DNA from: a virus
Lineage: Duplodnaviria; Heunggongvirae; Uroviricota; Caudoviricetes
Strand: one strand, 5' to 3'
IMG/VR virus record: IMGVR_UViG_2778261420_000005
Coordinates: 1-5,430 of that record
Length of the DNA: 5,430 nucleotides
The position numbers and the translations under genes were made by a program. Positions 1 to 5,430 of this stretch are shown piece by piece. The notes below the pieces were generated by a model, which saw nothing but the letters and a program-made list of their open reading frames with translations, did not search any database and was not told the origin of the DNA. The number at the start of each line of letters is the position of its first letter. Position 1 is the stretch's first letter.

Positions 1-128
1 CCGTTTTCGTTCAGTGCTGAAATAATATTTGTTGAATAATAGTTCTCGCACAATCCCTCATTCGCCGGAATTTGTCGGAACCCTTCCAGATTAATAATAT
101 TCAAAATATTCCCCTTATTTAGTTTCTA

Positions 129-1226
129 TTAAGCAGCAGATAAAACCGCAAACTGCAGTACTGCCCGATCTACTGTCAGTGGCTCATTGGTTTGATATGC
201 TGGTACAAAGAAGGCTCTGTTAACTGCTACCGGCTCGCTCATCAGGAGTCCGGTTTGTAATTGCATGGTGTTAATGGTTATCGGTTCATGGGTGTTGCGC
301 CCTGACTGAACAAATTTTCTGTTAATTGTTAAAGGCCCCCTTGTCTGTTCCCCGGACTGAAGCAGCACTCTGTTGATTTGCAGAGCGGGCTTTGGCGTTT
401 CTGACGGAATTTCTGGTGGAATGACGGGCGCACCCTGAGAAGCCAGAGCCTCCGCGATTAACGCGCGTACAAATGCAGCATTGGCTATCTCATTACCGGA
501 TGCATCCGGTGGAGGTACTGGAGACATCGGGGTTCCCGTAAATTCAGGGCTGTCCAGCGATGCTTTTTTCTGCGTTTCATCCATCACTAACTTTACCGCC
601 TTCGAGGTCGCTGCAAGCGTTTCTGACTCACTGTCCGTGGCGCTGCTCAGCCGCACAATCCCGTTGTGTTCCGTACTCGCATCCTCTGCAGTATATTTCC
701 TGTCAGCGAGATCATATGCTGCTTTTACCGCCTTCGGGGTCGCTGCAAAATCTTCACTGCCGCTGTCCGTATCGCTGCTCAACTGCACCAACCCCTTTTG
801 GGTTGTGGTGGCATCCATTGTTCTTATGCTGTCGAAAATCTTCTTTACACTTTCTGCATATTCGGCTGCCGCTTCCGCATTCGCCCTGGCGTGAGACACC
901 AGTTCCTCAAGGTGGATTATCACTTCAGGCCTGGCATTCTGCTCAGTGAATTTCAGTAAAAAATCATTCAGCGCCCCAGGCTGAGAATCTTCGTAAACGG
1001 TGATGTCCCCTATATTCGATGGTGGATAACCATCAACCAACAGGGTGACGCTGTACTGTCCATACTCAACGTCCATACTGTAACGCCCGGTTTCATCCGA
1101 TCTGACTGAAGCTACAGTACTTGCCAGCACCGTGGTGCTGTGACGCCTTGCCGTCAGCTGAATGATGCCATTCTGTATTGGTTTACCTGCACCGTCTTTC
1201 AGCACACCTGAAATCTTTACTGCCAT
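129..1226 (-). CDS. Side tail fibre-like protein (prophage tail-fibre N-terminal domain, two phage tail-fibre repeats, P2 gpH/Stf-like conserved motif), 365 aa counted from the ATG
   Basis: ORF track gives 129..1232 with a GTG start (MNMAVK...), but that GTG overlaps the only good Shine-Dalgarno (GGGGAG, plus 1232..1237). I call the ATG at 1224..1226 (MAVKISGVLKDGAGKPIQNG...), 5 nt downstream of the SD. The N-terminus resembles the MAVKISGVLKDG... start of StfR-type prophage tail-fibre proteins. Two copies of a G(I/L)VxLSSxTDSxSE..AATxKAVK repeat lie at residues ~147-170 and ~191-214. The motif SPEFTGTPMSPVPPPDASGNEIANAAFVRALIA resembles the conserved SPxLTGTPTAP...QIATTAFV block of P2 gpH / lambda Stf-type fibres. 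Stop TAA = plus 'tta' at 129..131. Confidence 0.8.
   Translation of the reverse strand: MAVKISGVLKDGAGKPIQNGIIQLTARRHSTTVLASTVASVRSDETGRYSMDVEYGQYSVTLLVDGYPPSNIGDITVYEDSQPGALNDFLLKFTEQNARPEVIIHLEELVSHARANAEAAAEYAESVKKIFDSIRTMDATTTQKGLVQLSSDTDSGSEDFAATPKAVKAAYDLADRKYTAEDASTEHNGIVRLSSATDSESETLAATSKAVKLVMDETQKKASLDSPEFTGTPMSPVPPPDASGNEIANAAFVRALIAEALASQGAPVIPPEIPSETPKPALQINRVLLQSGEQTRGPLTINRKFVQSGRNTHEPITINTMQLQTGLLMSEPVAVNRAFFVPAYQTNEPLTVDRAVLQFAVLSAA
132..386 (-). repeat. Five degenerate tandem 51-bp (17-codon) in-frame repeats forming the C-terminal 85 residues of the tail-fibre protein
   Basis: Seen in the translation: ALQINRVLLQSGEQTRG / PLTINRKFVQSGRNTHE / PITINTMQLQTGLLMSE / PVAVNRAFFVPAYQTNE / PLTVDRAVLQFAVLSAA, consensus P-x-x-(I/V)-N-R-x-x-x-Q-x-G-x-x-x-x-E. 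At DNA level the plus strand shows a recurring 'ctgttaa(c/t)tg' / 'gtgttaatgg' motif every ~51 bp. The protein ends directly after the fifth unit. Confidence 0.5.
564..806 (-). repeat. Two tandem copies of a phage tail-fibre repeat inside the tail-fibre CDS (period 132 bp / 44 aa), visible at DNA level
   Basis: Seen in sequence: plus ~591..660 (ctttaccgccttcgaggtcgctgcaagcgtttctgactcactgtccgtggcgctgctcag...) and plus ~723..792 (ttttaccgccttcggggtcgctgcaaaatcttcactgccgctgtccgtatcgctgctcaa...) align at roughly three-quarters identity by eye. They encode ...LSSDTDSGSEDFAATPKAVKAAYD... and ...LSSATDSESETLAATSKAVKLVMD... Confidence 0.6.
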
Positions 1227-1241
1227 ATTCACTCCCCAAAC

Positions 1242-1265
1242 AAAAAAGGCACCATTTCTGGTGCC
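1242..1265 (-). terminator. Candidate rho-independent terminator (minus strand) 20 nt downstream of the J stop: GC-rich 6-bp stem, 6-nt loop, then T6
   Basis: Seen in sequence: plus 'ggcacc' (1248..1253), loop 'atttct', 'ggtgcc' (1260..1265), preceded on plus by 'aaaaaa' (1242..1247). Minus-strand RNA: GGCACC-AGAAAU-GGUGCC-UUUUUU, immediately followed by the GGGGAG Shine-Dalgarno and start of the next gene. The stem is short, so efficiency is uncertain. Confidence 0.5.
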
Positions 1266-1284
1266 CTTATCCAGGTTATAAAAT

Positions 1285-4200
1285 TCAACTGATACTGATA
1301 CCTGCTGTTGATTTCTTCATCACCACAACCAGTAAATCGCTGATACTTGCTGTGGGATACCAGCCATTTACCAGCCATGCTGACACAGAAAATTCCAGCG
1401 TCATGTGACCGTGACCGGCAGGCATATCAATAACGCCACTGTAAATCAGCGTATTATCCAGCGCAGTACGGTTATAAATTTCAGCACCGTTTTTCCGCAC
1501 TATCAGACGGCATGAGGAGTAAATATCAGTATGATTTCGCTCATGCTTAGCGCCGCTGAATGCCACCGCCGGAATAACAATCTGTCGGTCAAACGGCTGA
1601 TCGTCATAAATCCTGACGGTAATGGTCCCTGATGGCCACCGTTCCGGTGCACGGGAGTCCCGGGGGAAAGCTTTACCCACTGTTTTAACGAGATCGCCTT
1701 CAATCTGGTTCGCGGACAGTTTTCCCAGAACCCGGCAGTTCTTGTTAATCGTGACGTTGTTGAGCGTCCCGGCGTTCGCATTCACGTTACCGCTGATATC
1801 CGCATTTCTCGCCGTCAGTCGCCCGTCCGGTGTCAGGGAAAATGCCGGAGGATTGCCACCACTGGTAATGGTGGGGGCCGTCAGGCGTTTCAGGAACACG
1901 TCATTCATGAATATCTGATCACCCTGCGCCACAAACATCGGCGTTTCATTTCCGTTTGCCGGGTCAATAAACGCGATACGGTTAGCGGCAACCAGGAACT
2001 GGCTCAGTTTACCTTCCTCCGTGTCCTCCATGCTGAGGCCAATACCCGCGACATAATGTTTGCCGTCTTTGGTCTGCTCAATTTTGACGCCCCACATGGC
2101 ATTCCATTTATCGTTGGCATCTTTCCACTCTTTCGAAAACGCCTCCAGTTTGCTGGCGTTATCCTCCGTCAACTCGACTTTTTCCAGCAGCTCTTTACCG
2201 AGATGGGATTCGGTTATCTGGCCTTTGAAAAAATCCAGGTAACCTTCGGCATCATCGCTCGCCCGACCGACAGCCTCCACAAATGCCGATTTGCCAACGG
2301 TGTTCACACTGCGGATGTAAAAATAATAATCATGGCCCGGTTTGATATTGATACTGGCAGCTATCCAGTACAGCGCCGTGCCAAGATAGCGGGCTGTAGT
2401 TTCAACCTGCCTGATATCCGCAATCCGCTTTTCCGAGAACCAGAACTCAAACTGTACCGTCGGATCATAAACGGCAAGATGGGGCGTGGCGGTTATCTGA
2501 AAATAGCCCGGCGTCAGCTCAATCCGCGACGGCGCTGCCGGTGCGGCAATCCGGAACGATACCGATGCAGGATCGCCCTGCTGCCCCCAGGCATTTGCCG
2601 CCCGGACTGTCAGCCTGTAGCTTCCCAGCGCCAGCTGCCTGAAGCGGTATGTGGTTTCCGTCGTCCGGGCCGTGCTGACCAGCCGCTCACTGCCGTCATC
2701 CGCTGCCACGGTCAGGCGAAGCATAAAGCTCACACCCTTCACCACCTTCGGCGTATCCCAGCGCGCCAGCACCTGATATTCCCCGCTGTCTGCGGTGACT
2801 TCTGCGGTCAGGTGCTGCACCGCTGGCGGCGTGACACCATTCACCGTGCCACTCTGTTCGCCGTCAAAGTGCGCCCCGTTATCCACGATGGCCTCTTTTT
2901 CCGGCACATGCTGCACGGCGGTGATGGCATACGTGCCGTCGTCGTTCTCACGGATACTCACGCAGCGGAACAGTCGCTGGCGCAGCGTCGGCAGCTTCAG
3001 CCCCCATACGCTGTATTCAGCAACACCGTCAGGAACACGGCTCACTTTTACCTTCACGCCGTCGGTGACGGACTGAACCTCCACGCTGACCGGATTGCCA
3101 CTTCCGTCAACCAGGCTTATCAGCGTGGTACCGGAGGATGGCAGCGTGATTTCACGGTCGAGCGTCAGCGTCCGGGTCTGGCTGTTCACCGCCAGCACAC
3201 GACCACCGGTGCTGATACCGGCATAGTCATCATCACAGATTTCAATAACATCGCCCGGTACATGGCGAAGCCCTTCTGCGCCGACGCTGAAATCCACGGT
3301 CTGCGTTTCCAGCAGTTCTGTTTTAATCAGCCACAGCCCGGCGCGGTGTGCCTGCCCCCGACTGGTACAGCCAAAGGCATCCATCTTCGTGACGTTACGA
3401 CCGTAACGGGCAATGGCCTGCGTGTCCTCCACAAGCTCTGTCGCCGTCTCCCAGCCGTTATCCGGGTCAATCCAGTTCACCTCAACGGCATTATGGCGAT
3501 CCTTCAGGGCGCTGAAACTGTAGCGGAACGGCGCGCCATCATCCGGCATCACCACATTACTGCGGTTATAGGTCCATACCTTATCCGATGGCCGGTCCTG
3601 CACGAACGTCAGCGTCTGCCCGTTCCATACCGGCATACAGCGCATCGCCGAACAGAAATCGCTGAGCACATCCCACGCCTTGCGCTGTGTGGTCAGCCAG
3701 GCATTACAGGTGATGCGCGGCTCCGTGCTGCCAAAGCCGTCCGGCACCGACTGGTCGCAGTAGTGGCCGATAACATACAGCGCCCATTTATCCACATCTG
3801 CCGCACCAAGACGTTTCCCCATGCCGTAGCGCGGGTGGGTCAGCATATCCCACAGACACCAGGCCATGTTGTTGCTGTATGCCGGTTTAAACGTTCCGTC
3901 CCAGATACCGCTGTATTGCCGCGTCTGCGGGTTATAATTCGACGGCACCTGCAGAATACGCCCGCGCAGATGATAATTACGGCTCACCTGCTGGCTGCCG
4001 AACTGCTCCGAATCCACCTGTACGCCGACCAGTGCCGTGTTCGGGTAGCACTGTTTCACATCGATGATTTCGGTGTATGACGACCAGAGCGTTTTGTTCT
4101 GCAGCTGGTCTGTGGTGCTGTCCGGCGTCATCCTGCGCATCCGGATATTGAACGGGCGCGGAGGCAGGTTATCCACCACCACCGAGGCCAGATACTGCGA

Positions 4201-4680
4201 GGTGGTTTTGCCCTTAATGGTGATGTCTTTTTCCGTCACCCAGCCACCGTTACGCTGTATCTGAACCAGCAGGCGAACTTCCGACGGATTCCTGTCTCCC
4301 TTTGAGGTGGTTTCCACCAGTGCCTGTACACCGAAGGTAAAGCGCAGACGGTCGATGTTTGCCGACGTGATGGTGCGGGTGATCGGCGTGTCATATTTCA
4401 CTTCCGTACCCAGCACCGTCTCGGAGCCGGAGGATTCAAACCCCTCCGGCGGAGTCTGCTCCTGCTCACCTGCCCGGAACACCACCGTGACACCGGAGAT
4501 GTTGGTATTCCCCTCACTGTCCAGCACCGGCGTACTGTTCAGCAGCACGCTTTTTAAGCCATCCACCGGACCTTCAATCGGCCCTTCGCTGATGGCATCA
4601 ATCACACTCAGCAACTGCGTGGACTTCAGGTTGTCCTTCGCTTCGCGCGGGGTATGCCCCTTACTGCTGCCTTTACCCAT
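1285..4680 (-). CDS. J: Host specificity protein J / tip attachment protein (central tail fibre), lambda gpJ family, 1131 aa
   Basis: ORF track 1285..4680 (-). Start ATG (reverse complement of 'cat' at 4678..4680) preceded by GGAG/GAGGA. N-terminus [38 protein letters not shown]... and most of the length match my recollection of lambda gpJ (1132 aa) nearly residue for residue. The last ~155 residues are homologous but clearly divergent. Stop is TGA (plus 'tca' 1285..1287). Confidence 0.95.
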   Translation of the reverse strand: MGKGSSKGHTPREAKDNLKSTQLLSVIDAISEGPIEGPVDGLKSVLLNSTPVLDSEGNTNISGVTVVFRAGEQEQTPPEGFESSGSETVLGTEVKYDTPITRTITSANIDRLRFTFGVQALVETTSKGDRNPSEVRLLVQIQRNGGWVTEKDITIKGKTTSQYLASVVVDNLPPRPFNIRMRRMTPDSTTDQLQNKTLWSSYTEIIDVKQCYPNTALVGVQVDSEQFGSQQVSRNYHLRGRILQVPSNYNPQTRQYSGIWDGTFKPAYSNNMAWCLWDMLTHPRYGMGKRLGAADVDKWALYVIGHYCDQSVPDGFGSTEPRITCNAWLTTQRKAWDVLSDFCSAMRCMPVWNGQTLTFVQDRPSDKVWTYNRSNVVMPDDGAPFRYSFSALKDRHNAVEVNWIDPDNGWETATELVEDTQAIARYGRNVTKMDAFGCTSRGQAHRAGLWLIKTELLETQTVDFSVGAEGLRHVPGDVIEICDDDYAGISTGGRVLAVNSQTRTLTLDREITLPSSGTTLISLVDGSGNPVSVEVQSVTDGVKVKVSRVPDGVAEYSVWGLKLPTLRQRLFRCVSIRENDDGTYAITAVQHVPEKEAIVDNGAHFDGEQSGTVNGVTPPAVQHLTAEVTADSGEYQVLARWDTPKVVKGVSFMLRLTVAADDGSERLVSTARTTETTYRFRQLALGSYRLTVRAANAWGQQGDPASVSFRIAAPAAPSRIELTPGYFQITATPHLAVYDPTVQFEFWFSEKRIADIRQVETTARYLGTALYWIAASINIKPGHDYYFYIRSVNTVGKSAFVEAVGRASDDAEGYLDFFKGQITESHLGKELLEKVELTEDNASKLEAFSKEWKDANDKWNAMWGVKIEQTKDGKHYVAGIGLSMEDTEEGKLSQFLVAANRIAFIDPANGNETPMFVAQGDQIFMNDVFLKRLTAPTITSGGNPPAFSLTPDGRLTARNADISGNVNANAGTLNNVTINKNCRVLGKLSANQIEGDLVKTVGKAFPRDSRAPERWPSGTITVRIYDDQPFDRQIVIPAVAFSGAKHERNHTDIYSSCRLIVRKNGAEIYNRTALDNTLIYSGVIDMPAGHGHMTLEFSVSAWLVNGWYPTASISDLLVVVMKKSTAGISIS

Positions 4681-4702
4681 TCCTCACGCTCCATAAACGA
4701 CA

Positions 4703-4722
4703 AAACCGCCCGCAGGCGGTTT
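4703..4722 (-). promoter_or_regulatory. Intercistronic stem-loop between I and J: 8-bp stem with 4-nt loop, followed on the minus strand by a U-rich stretch (TTTTGTCGTTTAT), just upstream of the J ribosome-binding site
   Basis: Seen in sequence: plus 'aaaccgcc' (4703..4710), loop 'cgca', 'ggcggttt' (4715..4722), a perfect inverted repeat. Minus-strand RNA would read AAACCGCC-UGCG-GGCGGUUUUGUCGUUUAU, then GGAGCGUGAGGA and the J AUG. Function is inferred: weak terminator/attenuator or RNA-stability element. Confidence 0.35.
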
Positions 4723-4740
4723 CACATAAAACATTTTGCA

Positions 4741-5388
4741 TCAGCGACCAATCACCACAACCTGACCACCGTCCCCTTCGTCTGCCGTGCTGATCTCCTG
4801 AGAAACCACCCGCGACCCCACACGCATTTCACCGTACAGAACAGGCAAAACATTGCCCTGAGCAACCATGTTATCCAGTGAGGAGAAATAGGTGTTCTGT
4901 TTGCCGTTATCTGTACTGGCTGCCGTGGGCGTCCTGGCTTTCGGTGCCAGCATCTGCGCCACACCGCCCAGGATCATACTGGCCCCTGCCGCATACATGC
5001 CCGATACAGCCGCGGCACCCAGCCAGCCCACAGGGTTCCACCATGCCACCGCAATCAGCGCCGCCCCCAGCACCACCTGAAATACACCGCCACTTTTAGC
5101 TCCCGCCAGACGCGGCACGATATGGATCACGGCACCATTTGCCAGCGGCTCATTAAGACGGGCAGATAATTCGGTTTCACCTGCATCACGCCCGGCAATG
5201 CGCACCTGATACCAGCCGTCATTCAGCTTCTGACGAAACGCCGGGAGCTGTGTGGCCAGCGCCCGGATGGCTTCGGCCCCCGTTTTCACACGAAGGTCGA
5301 TGCGGCGGCCAAATCGTTGCAAATCCCCGTAAAGGCAGATGCGTGCCATGCCCGGTGACGCCAGAGGGAGTGTGTGCGTCGCTGCCAT
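4741..5388 (-). CDS. I: Tail tip assembly protein I (lambda gpI family), 215 aa
   Basis: ORF track 4741..5388 (-), ATG = reverse complement of 'cat' at 5386..5388. Protein (MAATHTLPLASPGMARICLYGDLQRFGRRIDLRVKTGAEAIRALATQLPAFRQKL...YFSSLDNMVAQGNVLPVLYGEMRVGSRVVSQEISTADEGDGGQVVVIGR) matches my recollection of lambda gpI (about 223 aa), including a central Gly/Ala-rich hydrophobic segment. Synteny K-I-J supports it. Confidence 0.88.
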   Translation of the reverse strand: MAATHTLPLASPGMARICLYGDLQRFGRRIDLRVKTGAEAIRALATQLPAFRQKLNDGWYQVRIAGRDAGETELSARLNEPLANGAVIHIVPRLAGAKSGGVFQVVLGAALIAVAWWNPVGWLGAAAVSGMYAAGASMILGGVAQMLAPKARTPTAASTDNGKQNTYFSSLDNMVAQGNVLPVLYGEMRVGSRVVSQEISTADEGDGGQVVVIGR

Positions 5389-5430
5389 TTGTCGGTATAC
5401 CTCTCTCGTTTGCTCAGTTGTTCAGGAATA
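5286..5430 (-). CDS. Tail assembly protein K-like, C-terminal fragment only (5' end lies beyond the window). Reading frame runs from 5429 down to a TGA stop at 5288..5286 and overlaps the I start by 103 nt in a different frame.
   Basis: Seen in sequence: minus-strand frame open from the window edge, translating ...IPEQLSKRERYTDKWQRRTHSLWRHRAWHASAFTGICNDLAAASTFV*, stop = reverse complement of plus 'tca' at 5286..5288. Established knowledge: in phage lambda, K sits immediately upstream of I and overlaps it by about 100 nt. Not in the ORF track because no start codon is in the window. Identity as K is inferred from position and overlap, not from recognised residues. Confidence 0.5.
   Translation of the reverse strand, partial: IPEQLSKRERYTDKWQRRTHSLWRHRAWHASAFTGICNDLAAASTFV

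Noticed and set aside
132-386. Tandem 51-bp repeats considered as a possible CRISPR-like array or a diversity-generating retroelement variable region
   Set aside because: The repeats are degenerate, in frame, and lie inside a continuous CDS with no unique spacers, so they are not CRISPR. No reverse transcriptase gene or template repeat is present in the window, so a DGR has no support here.
481-959. Plus-strand ORFs 481..894, 560..949 and 666..959
   Set aside because: All are antisense to the tail-fibre CDS and mutually overlapping in different frames. Their Ser/Leu/Cys/Ala-rich composition fits mirror translation of the fibre repeats rather than real proteins.
1178-1408. Plus-strand 76-aa ORF with a TTG start spanning the fibre start, the intergenic hairpin and the J 3' end
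   Set aside because: Non-canonical start, no Shine-Dalgarno, and it crosses two minus-strand genes plus their terminator and ribosome-binding site. Most likely a chance ORF.
1503-1918. ORFs 1503..1781 (-) and 1622..1918 (+) inside J
   Set aside because: Alternative-frame and antisense ORFs nested within the J coding region, with no independent signals.
2056-4080. 674-aa plus-strand ORF (with nested 2060..2242 and 2795..3076 ORFs)
   Set aside because: It lies entirely antisense to the strongly supported J gene. Its translation is Arg/His/Cys/Pro-rich and low-complexity, as expected from reading the complement of a GC-rich coding sequence, and there is no convincing ribosome-binding site. Long stop-free antisense frames are common opposite GC-rich genes.
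4064-4696. Plus-strand ORFs 4064..4264 and 4307..4696
   Set aside because: Antisense to the J 5' region; short and compositionally odd.
4654-5099. ORFs 4654..4881 (+), 4752..4964 (-), 4878..5099 (+) and 4892..5080 (+)
   Set aside because: They overlap the I gene in antisense or alternative frames. The I frame is the only one with a recognisable protein family and correct synteny.
1-5430. Searched for integrase, transposase/IS ends, tRNA genes, att-like sites and anti-phage defence genes
   Set aside because: None found. The whole window is accounted for by K-I-J-fibre structural genes and short spacers; only the first 128 bp are unexplained.

Overview
This window is a contiguous piece of a lambda-like (lambdoid siphovirus) tail-tip / host-range module, almost certainly from an enterobacterial prophage or phage, with every real gene on the minus strand. 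Reading in the direction of transcription (high to low coordinates): the 3' end of a K-like tail assembly gene (partial, overlapping I out of frame), an I-like tail assembly gene, a 60-bp spacer with a stem-loop, a full-length J-like host-specificity (central tail fibre) gene of 1131 aa, a short spacer with a hairpin plus T-tract, a 365-aa side-tail-fibre-like gene, and finally an AT-rich 128-bp segment at the window edge. All plus-strand ORFs in the track lie antisense to these genes and are judged spurious. I see no RNA genes, CRISPR array, integrase or transposase, and no evidence in this window for a novel defence or other undescribed system. The most interesting points are the divergent receptor-binding C-terminus of J, the unusual architecture of the short tail-fibre protein (ending in five tandem 17-residue repeats), and the abrupt AT-rich segment downstream of it. 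Family assignments rest on my recollection of lambda gpJ/gpI/gpK, StfR-like and P2 gpH-like proteins, not on any search, and should be confirmed by BLAST/HMM.
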